DNA of 63,771 bases, the filler included, from Parasitella parasitica NRRL 2501 (taxonomy: Eukaryota; Fungi; Mucoromycota), in assembly GCA_025201805.1 (NCBI GenBank). It is 10 parts of 9 records of this genome, joined end to end, with 100 filler letters (N's around TTAATTAATTAA, not from the genome) between each part and the next. Parts side by side here need not be neighbours in the genome. Positions count along the whole stretch, not along the records: positions 1 to 30,466 come from MU619285.1; 9 more parts are not named here. One strand, 5' to 3'. Made by a program: the position numbers and the translations under genes. A model generated the notes under the pieces. It made no database searches. It saw only the letters and a list, made by a program, of their open reading frames with translations, and was not told the DNA's origin. Shown here piece by piece: positions 12,808-24,799 of the stretch. Each line of letters starts with the position of its first letter. The stretch's first letter is position 1.

Positions 12808-14087
12808 TTAGTCCTCTTCGTCGTCTTCTTCTTGAGAATCTTCTTCATTCAACTGCATACCATCATCCTCTTCTTCTTCCTCTTGTTCATTTTCACCACC
12901 AAAATTGATATCTTCATCCTCCTCCTCGTCTGCAGCTTGCTGTGATTTACCTTGCTTTTTTGCCTCTTTTTCCGCCTTTTTCTTCTCAACATTTTGTTCT
13001 TGTTGCTCCCTACGAGAGGCCTTTTCTTCAAGTGTACGTTGTCTTTTGCGTTCATTTTCTTTGATCTCCTTCTGAGTTTTTGTAATGTATCGATGATAGA
13101 GTACCTCGCCACCACACATGCCGTTTTCGACTTTTGTTAACTCCAATGTTAAACGAGGACCTAATTCGTAAAGGCGCACAGCTCTTTGGTCATTTCTACG
13201 ATTGTTGCGTCCTGGATAGTCCTGGGACAAGGTAACAGTTGACTCTGGTCCGTCTTCGACATCACTCTCTGAAATGATCGCCTCCTTTAACACATAATCC
13301 GAGATATCTTCATAATCCCCCAAGTTGGGCAAATTGGTATTGATGACTCGTTTGATGGATTTTGAAATACCGGTTGCTTTAACGCCAATACTATAATGTC
13401 TCATGTCTACCATGCCTGTATCCTCATTGTAATTGAATAGCAAGACACGTCTTGCTTCCGAAAGCTGCATTGTCTGCACATCCACCGAAGGAAACATATT
13501 CTGTAACATGGCTGTCATGACCTTGAATTCTTTACCTGGCTGTTGGAAATTGTTTAGCACCAATAGGGGGCTCTTGTGATATTCAACATCGGATGTCTTG
13601 GGGTTCTTTTGAAGTGCGAGACAATCTTTGGCAAGAGCATATTCTGCGACACGGAAGGTTAATGTTGGCCCACGAGGCACACGAGCAATACGGAGGTTCA
13701 CGTTCTTTTCAGTGCGACTGAAAATCAAGAAATGAGTTACTCCCAATTGCCCTGCAACCATGACAAAGTCTTTGAGGCGATTTGATCTACGTTCCTAATG
13801 GTCGGTTGTTAATATTCGATTAATGCCCAATGATCAATGGCAATTTACTCTTAGATGGCTGGCCGTGTTAGGCTCCAAAACATGGCGTACATCACGGACG
13901 AGAGCAGTGACAGAACTGCCAACTATACCGGATCGCATCACAAAACTCTTTGGAATCTTGTTCATTTCCTCTTCAGAGGGTTGAACGTGAGTTCTGTTCT
14001 TTCTCTAAGTTTTTTTTTTCATCCATAATGTCAATACCTAATCAGCACCTATTGCTGTGTATACAATCTTACCTTTCTCTTGGCCAT
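12808..14087 (-). CDS. SSF1: Brix-domain ribosome biogenesis factor Ssf1/Peter Pan, about 4 exons
   Basis: MAKRK start, IPKSFVMRSG, EPNTASHL, AGQLGVTHFLIFS, RVPRGPTLTF, LYELGPRLTLEL.KVENG; charged C-terminal tail. Confidence 0.92.
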
Positions 14088-14328
14088 TTTCGGTTTCTTC
14101 AATGGTACTTTCCGAAAGATGAAGTTTTTTTTTTTTTTTTTTTTTTNNNNNNNNNNNNNNNNNNNNNNNNNNNNNNNNNNNNNNNNNNNNNNNNNNNNNN
14201 NNNNNNNNNNNNNNNNNNNNNNNNNNNNNNNNNNNNNNNNNNNNNNNNNNNNNNNNNNNNNNNNNNNNNNNNNNNNNNNNNNNNNNNNNNNNNNNNAAAA
14301 AAAAAAAAAAAAAAAGGCACTGATAGCC

Positions 14329-15635
14329 TTATTTATTGACATGATGTAGAGGAGAATCAGCATTATAAATCATTTGGGTGCCGCCAACAGTTCCTCCACC
14401 AGTGACGCCAAACGTGGTCCAGGTATTTACTTGATCTGTAGGCTCAAGAGAAGCCCAAGAAATACCATTAGTCTTTTTGAAATTGATTTCAACCTTTGTT
14501 GAAAGAACAGTAAACTTGGAAGCAGCTGTATCAATTGACTAATGCAGAATAATTCATTGATTAGAGCGTGTGCCATGCTTAAAAAGAAAAGAATGATTTC
14601 ACATCAAGCTTACAGCAAAAAGAGGGAATGTCTTCTTGTAACGTTTGTTGCCCTTCATCTTGATATCAACAGTGATAGATTTGTCCTCGAAATCAACCTT
14701 AGTGTCATCCTTGTTCTTTGCAAAGATGCTAAAAATGACATTTGTTTGAGTTTGATACCAATCGGTACGACATTCAACCAATTCCTCAACCTACAAGTGC
14801 AAACTAAGCGTCTAGGAATCTCCGTTATGCAAAAAAAAACACACATACACATACTACTTACTTGACTGTTGGCACCAACAAACAAATGCTTTCCTTCCTT
14901 GCAGCCTTCGATCTTTAAAAAATCATCAAAATCCAAGACTTTGCGAGAGCAGCAGCTCCAACCCTTGGAGCCTTCATGGAAAATAGGGGAACCGGGATGG
15001 TAGTTACATGTAGCTTCAGGACCAGAGCCACGAGAAGTAGCTTGATCCTTCCAAACACGCCCACAACCACGTCTCTTACAGGATGTTCCCTCGGGTACTG
15101 GAACTGATTCGTCGTCCTCTTCTATTTCAAGCTTCTTTCCCTCTTCCTCTTTCTTTGGTGCGACAGCAGCAGCAGCAGCAGTAGTGGCGGGAGTAGCTAC
15201 TGGTGCTTCAGCCTTTTTGCCGTATGTTTCCACACCGTTCTCATCCACATGAGCTGCCTTAATGGGTACATCGTCGGTCTCGGTGGACTTTCCAGTACCG
15301 ACAGCAGCAGGAGCAGCAACAGGTTCAGTTGAATGACGACCAAAGGTACAGCCAGGAAGAGCAAGAAATTCGTCAAAATCAGACACACGCTTCTTGCAAC
15401 AAGACCAGCCCTTTAAACCTACAAAATAACCTTAATTAGTCGCATAGATTTATAAACAGGTCCATTTTGGCTTACCCTCATGAAAGACAGGTGCGCCTTC
15501 ATGATATTGGCAAGCTAAATAATAATGTCATAAGCAAAAATACTCAAAACGTTACATCTTATTTACATTACCGTTATCCTTGTTTTCTGCCTCAATGAAA
15601 TCCTTTTCACAACCTTTATGTGTACACTTGACCAT
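14329..15635 (-). CDS. CHORDC1: CHORD-CHORD-CS Hsp90 co-chaperone (Chp1/melusin/Rar1 family), multi-exon
   Basis: CTHKGC...CQYHEGAPVFHEG.KGWSCCKKRV; second CHORD CKRRGC...YHPGSPIFHEGSKGWSCC; CS domain CRTDWYQT...KVEINFKK; stop at 14329. Confidence 0.92.
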
Positions 15636-16487
15636 TTTTTTTTTTTTAAAAAAAAATAATAAAACTGAAAGAAATACAATCGCCCACAAAAAATTGACAC
15701 TGATAGAATTTACTAGACATTTCTTTTTTTGAACCTTGTCCACAGAACGATTGCTGGAATCATGGCTCGGAGCTGATTGAATTATGCTTGCTTTAACCGG
15801 AAGGGGGTCCGGGAGATTCTCCCTCAGCTCAAACAGAAGTACCGAAGAACGAAATGAATATTCAGAAACTGCCTAAAATGTACTCCCACGTATTAGGCGT
15901 TGGGCTAAATAATCACGTAAAACTATCTTGTCAACCTACTTTCTGCGTTGATCTTGAAAAACAAAAGGCTGAAATGACATGCGGTTTTACAGAGTCAGTA
16001 GGGCGTAGCATCATCGGGCTAAATACTGTATTTTATAAAAATCAATTGCAGTGAAAATCTGGATAGTCATGGTTTTGCTTGTATGGTCGTGCCATGTTGA
16101 ACGTTGCGTGCAGTTGGATAATTTCTGACATGGTTCATTGTTCATTGGGTTAATTTTATGCAACACCCCTCCCTCCCCCCCCACGAAATACAATAAACAT
16201 ATTCGCCAGGAACAGAGAGCATCCGATCGGATTCTCGATGATAGTGTTGAAATCACTCTCCCCCCTTCCCCTCCTTTGGAAGAGGACATATGCGATTGTT
16301 CAAATGAATAGGCTTGGTCACTAACGTTATGCTCATCTCATCCCCTTCTTCTCGGAACCATACAACTTGTGCATATGCTTTGAAAGGGGTTACTTACAAT
16401 AATACATACCACATGGATATTTTATTCTTTATCATATTTTGTATTAGTTGTAGAATGTGCAAGCAGATTCAGGCAAGTTTTGAACTA

Positions 16488-19189
16488 CTACCAAGAAAGA
16501 CCTGATACATGGCCATTACTCTTACTGGTAGTAGTAGTAGTAGTAGTAATAGGAGTAGGAGTAGTAGGCGAGGTATCACTAAGCGTTAAATTAGGAGAGG
16601 AGGTGATAGATCCTGGAGGAAATGTTTTCATCCCAAATCGATTATTGGGAGATGGAGGAGTCTCCCCTTCAGCACTCAAAGGAGGGAGTGTGGAGTCACT
16701 CGTGGAAGACTCGACCACGGTCTCAGCAGCAGAGAACAATTGCTCGGTCGATATGAAGCTTTCTGTGGAGATGTTGATTTCTTTTCCTACATACATTTCG
16801 TCTTGTTCTTCAATGTAAACATGATGATGAGTCTTTCTATCACTGATTTTCATGCGCAAGTTGCACTGTACCTTTTTTGGGATGACTGCCAGAGTCATCA
16901 GATTCGCCAACACTTTCCAGCTGTTGAAGTGAACTGGTAGTGCTCATCGGCGTACTGCTAATATTTAACTGGCTTGCTTTTCGAGTGATGCAGTTTTCAC
17001 CTTTGGGCTTGGCGAAAGTCGTCCAATCCTGTATCAACATTGATCTGGACGAGGAAGGCAAAGGCGGAGCATCTGTACTTGCCATTGCTAGATTGGCTTT
17101 CTTGCCTTCATCTAGAATGGCTTCCCTCAGAATTAAGGACGATGCAGTACTGCCAATACTGTTTGTGGGCGATTTGTTGTTTACTGATTTTGGTCTTGGA
17201 GGCTTCTTTTGCTGCTGCAGTGGCTGCTGCGGTGGCTGCTGCAATGGCTGCTGCAATGACTGCTGCTGTTTGGGATTGGGCAGGTAAGGGGAAGATTTGT
17301 TGCCTATCAGTCGTCCTGTATTATCAGGTTTTAAGCCTTGAGAAGGAGTGTATTTGAGTCCGGTTTGGATATGTGTCGAGAGAAGGCCTAAACGAGCTTT
17401 GCTGTTTGGAATAAAGAACTTGTCAGATTTGAGTGCGGCATTCTCTGCATTGATTACTTTTTGTCGTTATTATTATTTTCTGGTTAGTGAGGGCTATATT
17501 TGCAATAGTGTAAATGATCCTCTTACATTTCACTGTCAAGAACTCTCTCAAGACTTCTTCGTCATAAAATAAAGGAGGACTTGGTATAGAAGGGCCAAAT
17601 TCAGGCACATTACCCTTTGTTAATATTTCAACTCTGCGTGGTTTTTGTTTTAGAACAGCATGATTTTTACATGATAGAGAGCTTACCTCCAGCATTGCTT
17701 GTCATTCACAATTTCAGGTCGAACAATTACGAATACGTGAAGGAATTGTGATCGAATAGCTGTAGGGTCGAATGGCTGATTTCCCTCGAGGAAAATGATA
17801 CAAACAATATCTAGATGAAGATTGTTAGTTTAGTCAACATGTATTGTCATATATATAGATGCATATATATGTATTACCATTTCCAATATGTTTTTTGCGT
17901 AGCACTTGCTGCTTATCGTTCTTTTGGGAAGGCATTAATGGTGCAACGTGAAATATGATATCAAATTCATTCCACTGTGAAGTATAAGCATAATCACCAG
18001 ATTCGCCAGCTTGATGCAAATGAGCACACGTTATTAATTATTATTCTTTTAGGATACCGAACCGACTTGGACTTACTTTTAGTATCCAGACCAGCTGAAT
18101 AGCCTTTATAGTTTTTGAGTTCGACCTTTTCACCCATTATGTCCAAGAAATCTTGCAGATCATCAGATAAACCGGTGTTTGAAAGCCAAGCTTCTTCGGT
18201 TGTTTGATCATCGCGTATTGTGAGTAGACCGAATTTATAATGCCTTGGAATCTAGGACAGATTCAAATATGAATGCACGGTCTTTCAAGGAGCGATGCGT
18301 CTTTTTCATTTAACTTACATGAATCTCGTCATATGCCAACAGATTTTGCTCCAAGCCTGACATGATGGTCGAGTCAGCTGACAGTTCTTTGAAAGAGCGC
18401 AGATCTATGTTGGGGAGAACGGTCAGAATGGCTGCTCGAAGCATTCTCGACGTCAAAGTGTTTATGGATTCGTTTGTTTCCAAGGCTGATGCAGCGTTGT
18501 TTTTGCTCATAAATGACCGGGATCGCTTGTCAGGGCTCGGCAAGCATTTGTCCAGCTTGATGCCTTCGTTTGCACGCTCTAATTTGGTTTGAGTTTCCTT
18601 TGCCATGCATTCATGAAGAACATAACGGGCCTGTTGCGACTGTAAAACGGTTCATATGCACAAAGATTAATAAAATACGTAAAGTTTGGTTTTGTGCGGA
18701 TACTCTTTACCACTTTGCTCCGGATGATAATGCGATATTGGGACCCGAGGATGGCGGCCGCAGCATTTCCTGGACCGCTGAATTCCTTTGCGCGTTCCTG
18801 AATCACCGAGATGATACCGAGAGAGTCATTTGCAAGCGTGTCATCGCCTTTGAAGTACGAGTTTATCTTTGATTTGCTCTTTTTTGCATTGGCAGGATTC
18901 GTATCAATCTGCTGGACTTCTTGTTTCAAGTTGCCGATAAAAGTGTGGTATCGCTTTCCAACGAAATACTGTCTAAACCAATTTGCAGTAGGGTCGATCT
19001 GGTCTGCTTTTAATTCCTGGTAGTATTTGGCGCTGTGGCCGATTGTGTCGATTTTTGGGGGCTCCTTTCGGAATCCCTGTGAATCAAGGTAGCTGAGAGC
19101 AGGGGCGCTATTGTACAGCGTCAAACATGTAATGCAAATATCGTAGACTTCTACCAGCTAAATAAATGAAAAAAAAAAAAAAAAAAAAA

Positions 19190-19242
<53 letters not shown>

Positions 19243-20356
19243 AAAATTCTAACACCAGGTGTATAAACTTACGAATGCTTTCATTGTCTCAAGGGACACG
19301 CAGTTATCATCGTTTTCGAGCATCTGTCTGGCCTCTTGCAAGCACAGAGCTTCATCACATGCATCTATCAGAATTATTGTCTGGCTCGATAGCTGTTCCT
19401 TTTCTCGTCCGAGAGAGGCTTCCATCTCTTTGACATGAGACAAGTCCATCTCGTCGACGAGAGCAGCCTCCTTGTTATCAGCAGTGGTGGCAGCAGCAGT
19501 AGCAGCAGTAGCAGCAGAGTTGCTGATATCTACTGTGCGTAATAGTTCGATGAGTTGTGTGCAGCGTTTGATGAGGGCGTCTGCAAAGTCTTTGGTTGTG
19601 ATCTTTGCCGAGGTGGGTGCAGACGATGTATCGTACTTGATAATCATGGGCAGCATGGGCGAGAGTGGTGGTGTCATATGGTGGGTTATTACCGAATCAG
19701 CAAATGAAGAAACAGATGAATTCGAGTGAGAAAGAGGAGAAAACGAGTTGATTTCGTCCTTTGCTGTATCTGGACTCGTATTATTATTGCCGTTACTGTA
19801 GTAATATGAAAAGTCTGTTCTGTCAGGAGATGAAATCGAATAAGGAGAAATTGTTGCCGAAGATTGCGTTTGATTGTTGTCGCATGCAGCAGTAGTTGTA
19901 GTAATTAAATTAGATTTAGGGCTGCCTCTATTGTATATCTATTCATACGCAACATCAACACACTACACCACACTCGCATTTTTTTTTTTTTTTAAATTTT
20001 TTTAGACTTACTTGTCCTACTTCATGAGCTGGGATATCTAAACTTCGAGAGGGGTAGTTTCGACCAGTGTCAATGCTGTTATTGCAGCCGTAATCCAAGC
20101 TCTGCGATGACGATCTAGTCTCCTCCCTGACAAACGATCCGCTCGTCGTCCTTTGTCTGAATAGCATGTGGCTGATACGAGTCGATAGTCTGTCGCTGCT
20201 GCCACTGCTACTGCTGCTGCTGCTGCTGTTGGAGCTCATCAGTGTGCTGGCTGTGGGCTTCAATGAAAAAAATGTCGATTGGGCTAGTTTTTGTGGTATT
20301 TTGGTGGCACGCGAGGAAAACGATAATCTCTTTGTTGATTCGCCGTTCAAGTCCAT
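16488..20356 (-). CDS. Rap/Ran-GAP domain protein, multi-exon; 3' end approximate
   Basis: YKFGLL, FLDIMG, GYSAGLDTK, IIFHVAPLMP, QQVLRKKHIGN|D catalytic-Asn motif, FDPTAIRSQFLHVFVIV, VPEFGP, INAENAALKS. Confidence 0.85.
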
Positions 20357-21288
20357 AGTAACATAAGCAGAGCGTCAAACGAAATGATAAAGTGAAGGAA
20401 GAAAATGGAAGAGAGAGAGAGAGAGAAAAAAAAAGGAGAAGGATATATACCAAGAACGGTCGATCTTGCTTTTTGATGCTTTATTAGGCGGGATAAGTCA
20501 TTTTCTTGTTATATATACGAGGTGTTTGTGTGAGCAAGCTGTAGTACAACTGCTGTCTTTTCTTTTTCGTCAAAGGTCCCTCTTTTCGCCTCCTACTTGC
20601 TGCATTTCATTGTTTCCGTTGTCTAGTTGCAAAAATGCTCTTTTTGTCACTAAAAAGACAAACCAAATCACTCCTAGTAAAACGTGGGCAGCAACTCAAT
20701 ATCAGCCTACAAAAGGCACCGTCTGTCCAAACAAAATCATGTGCGCTCACCCTCCAAAGACAACCAGTGCCACAGAAAGCGGATTATATAAGGCAAATCT
20801 CCAGATTTGATACTGCATGTTGTCTTGGGGCATATATTACCTCCTGCTTTGATTCAGAATACAGAGCATCATTGCAGACGCTCAGAAAGCCTCGAGTCAA
20901 CAGCTTCCGTCTCTGTGTTGTATCTTGTGCAATTAGTCAGGAGACTTCTTTACAAGGGGGGGGGGGATGAGGAAGAGCTATACAAAGCATGACCCAAAGT
21001 CTTGGACATTGCCCATGTCACTGTAACAAACCCATCCAGCGATGAAAACAAGACGCTGACTCTGCAGTAGCTGAGGCTGCTTTAGATATAGATGTTTGTA
21101 TATACATGTTCCTGGCAATGTGTCGCATTTGAGCCAAGATGTCATATGATTGTTTTGACTTGACACTGATAATCTCAAATGGTGATACAGCACCTCGGCT
21201 GCTGGAGTTTCATGATCCTGCTGCCTGCTGTAGGTACATGGCACCGAAAGCTCCCCCTTGTTCTTTTATTTTGTGACAATGTCATATA

Positions 21289-21857
21289 CAGTCGTTCCAA
21301 CGCCAAAGGGCGGTTTTTTAAATAAAAGGGCGGGATTTTTTTCAACAAAGGGCGGCTTTTTTTTCGTTATTTCATACGAGAAATAAAATGACTACTCGTT
21401 TTTTTTTTATGAAGATGGTCAAGGTAAAATGGTCGATGAGCAAGGAAATGATGCTATGGACTGGGATGAAGAAGTTACTCCTTTTCAGTTGAGAACTTTG
21501 ACTCGTATAACGGATTATTGCAAGAAGCAAGAGGAAGGAGGGCCAATTTCTGAGGATGATTCGTTAAAAAACCTCGATGCTGATATGGAGGACGTTATAG
21601 ACGTAATGAAAAAGCAGATAAAAGTATACAATAAATACTCTAACGAACAAAAGCTCCTGTTTGTGTATTACAACCGAACCAAACTGCTGAGCGCAGCTAA
21701 ATCCGGACGCTTAGCAGGCGGCATATGCGAGCGAACAGCACAAAAATGGGCCAAGAGATTAAAAGAGGACAAAGATTGGAATATTTTTGAAAAGCAAACT
21801 AACTTGGTCGACAGGTCAAAACCACAATTGGATGATAGACATAAAATTCATCTTCTA
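21289..21857 (+). mobile_element. 5' remnant of a Tc1/IS630-like transposon (left TIR plus transposase N-terminus)
   Basis: TA|CAGTCG start; three AAAGGGCGG repeats; ATG at 21388 with a frameshift in a T-run; YEDGQG..DE.GND.MD motif shared with the transposase at 55472; HTH-like SAAKSGRLAGGICERTAQKW. Similarity stops at about 21855. Confidence 0.75.
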
Positions 21858-22613
21858 TCAATTCTTCATCAGAAAATACTCAGTTGGATCCACGATAAAA
21901 GAATGGCAAGGATGCTCCGCTTTACACTGCATTCCAAAGGCGAAAAGTTCATCTTCTACGCATCTACCATTAGATAAATACCACTTTTCCTCGGTTTTCA
22001 TTCTATCGAAGCTCCTTTCAAATTTCATTTTTAAGTCGCCAGTTGATGGTATAATCAAAAGGTTTTCTGTTTCTTCCGTATCTCTTGTTTCATTCAGCTC
22101 GTCAGTATCATTATCACAGGCATCATCGTCATTTTCTTTATGGTTTTCTTTAATAAGCATTTCCTCTTTTTCAGAATTAGCTTCTTCATGGCTTTGTCCA
22201 ATAAATACTTCTTCGGTTTCTGTAATAGTTTCTTCATTAAGTTGTTCATTAGCGAATTCGTCTTCGTCTTGAATTTCGATGAGTTTTTTGGAATGAAATA
22301 AACTTCGACGTTAAATTGAATAGAAATGAATTTTGACAGATTGGTCACTAAAAAAACTGCATACAAGTAGATTAGTACGGCAGTTAAATTGAATAAAAAG
22401 TTCTTTTATACATACGTCAATGTCTTGTTTCCTCACTCTTCTAGCCCATAAAATTAATTCTTCAACTTCTTTCTTGACTTTCAGTGATCGGTTTGCAATG
22501 GATAAATTTGCAGCATTGAATACTTGTTTAGCTTGTTGTAAAGTTTGTAATTTTAATGCACGAGAGAATTGAAGACCAATAAAGCTAGTGTACTTTATAG
22601 CGCTCGAATCCAT
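21858..22613 (-). pseudogene. 3'-truncated, disrupted repeat-associated gene (Crinkler-like family)
   Basis: Pieces in different frames, an acidic linker, and KWYLSNGRCVEDEL...EHPCHSFIVD. I recall this motif preceding REase domains in multi-copy Mucoromycota proteins (not checked). It ends abruptly against the Tc1 remnant. Confidence 0.5.
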
Positions 22614-22739
22614 GGGTGAAATTTGATTCTGAGAAAGAGAAGGAGGATCAGTTTGACAAATTTACGCGCATATAATACGCGACGCATTCGGCGAATAAGA
22701 TTTAAATTATTTCGGGTGAAATACTGAATTTTTTCGTCC

Positions 22740-24000
22740 TACAAGAAGCGAATCTTCAAGTTTACTCTGAACCAAAAACAAAGAGGATACAGACGACTAC
22801 CCTCAACATGGCGCTATGAGAGTTCGCAGCTTGGTGCTGTGGATTGTAATGAAGGTGTATTTACATACTGCTTTTGGCATCAGAAGGGTGATTCTGACTG
22901 ATTGCCACTACATTACGGTNNNNNNNNNNNNNNNNNNNNNNNNNNNNNNNNNNNNNNNNNNNNNNNNNNNNNNNNNNNNNNNNNNNNNNNNNNNNNNNNN
23001 NNNNNNNNNNNNNNNNNNNNNNNNNNNNNNNNNNNNNNNNNNNNNNNNNNNNNNNNNNNNNNNNNNNNNNNNNNNNNNNNNNNNNNNNNNNNNNNNNNNN
23101 NNNNNNNNNNNNNNNNNNNNNNNNNNNNNNNNNNNNNNNNNNNNNNNNNNNNNNNNNNNNNNNNNNNNNNNNNNNNNNNNNNNNNNNNNNNNNNNNNNNN
23201 NNNNNNNNNNNNNNNNNNNNNNNNNNNNNNNNNNNNNNNNNNNNNNNNNNNNNNNNNNNNNNNNNNNNNNNNNNNNNNNNNNNNNNNNNNNNNNNNNNNN
23301 NNNNNNNNNNNNNNNNNNNNNNNNNNNNNNNNNNNNNNNNNNNNNNNNNNNNNNNNNNNNNNNNNNNNNNNNNNNNNNNNNNNNNNNNNNNNNNNNNNNN
23401 NNNNNNNNNNNNNNNNNNNNNNNNNNNNNNNNNNNNNNNNNNNNNNNNNNNNNNNNNNNNNNNNNNNNNNNNNNNNNNNNNNNNNNNNNNNNNNNNNNNN
23501 NNNNNNNNNNNNNNNNNNNNNNNNNNNNNNNNNNNNNNNNNNNNNNNNNTGACTGATTGCCACTACATTACGGTAGTCCTTTACAGCGGTAGTATTGCTT
23601 GGTTGTGATTTTTTGAATTCCTCTTGCTATGTGCTGAATAAGGGATTTGTATTCTCTTGCTCTCAGCTTCTTTGTAACATATTAAAGGTTAGTTGCTCAT
23701 TGTGAAATAATTTTAAGATATTCAAGTTAAAGATGAAATTTCTATAATGTAGGTGTTTCTTTAATTGTTCTGCGGATCAAGAAGCGAAAGGGATACAAAC
23801 GCCTACCCTCAACATGGCGCTATGAGAGTTCGCAGCTTGGTGCTGTGGATTGTAATGAAGGTGTATTTACATACTACTTTTGGCATCAGAAGGGTGATTC
23901 TGACTGATTGCCACTACATTACGGTATTTCTTTACAGCGGTAGTATTGCTTGGTTGTGATTTTTTGAATTCCTCTTGCTATGTGCTGAATAAGGGAGTTG
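22740..24000. repeat. Tandem repeat of about 351 bp spanning an assembly gap
   Basis: TGACTGATTGCCACTACATTACGG at 22896, 23550 and 23901; GGATACA..CG.CTACCCTCAACATGGCG at about 22784 and 23791. Confidence 0.8.
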
Positions 24001-24799
24001 TATTCGTTCGCTTTATGGATTTATCCGACGTGCCGATAGTCTTCTTAGGTAGTAGTATTGATGGGTTGTGGTTTTTTAAATGCCATTTGCTATGTTTTTA
24101 AGAAAAGAGTTGTGAAATCTGAAAAATTTGTTGCAAGGACCTTACAAGCGGTTTACTTTGACTATTGACTTATTGGTGGTGACTCATATTGCTCAAATCA
24201 AGGCGTAGACTAAGGGGAGTCTGGCACTCGGTGGCGGTAATTCACCTTAGTAGCTTAAGGCTTTAGGCAAAAGAGAATGGTAGTAGCGTAGCTTGACACT
24301 GTATGGCGGTAAGAGAATTTATATAACTAAGGCTGTCGCTGAAATGGGCCCTGAAATGCTCATTAACGGCGGTATTGAAGTTTTAGTACCGGACTGTGGC
24401 GGAAAGTACGTTGGGTGAATCTGATACGCTTAGCCAATGCCCCACCAAAGGGGGAAATTGACATTTCAATGGCACTGCATTTAGTATTGGTGGCGGGTCT
24501 TCCCTGCCTGCCATTGCTAGATTCTACAGTCAAGAGAAAGAACGGTGCTATATTATGCTGCAATACAAGATGTATAGATTTTTAGTGGCCAAATTGATCA
24601 AGCATTCATAGTCATCTCATACAGCTTTTTCAAACGCTGTTCCCTTACCACAAAATCTTTCTTCATCCTGATTTCACAGACCATATGTTTCATACATTTT
24701 GAGGTAGAGGCAAGCTTTAAAAGTCGTTCCAATTTAAAAATTTGACTAATTGCGATAGCGTATCCTTAGGAACACGTAAAAACTGGTTGGTCATTTGCG

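Noticed and set aside
19149-19240. Long poly(A) tract as a retroposon tail
   Set aside because: It lies in a Rap-GAP intron, and similar homopolymers occur in many introns and 5' flanks in this window.
22816-23563. ORF-track entries made of X runs (also near 14.0-14.4, 53.1-53.8 and 60.2-60.8 kb)
   Set aside because: These are frames held open by N gaps.
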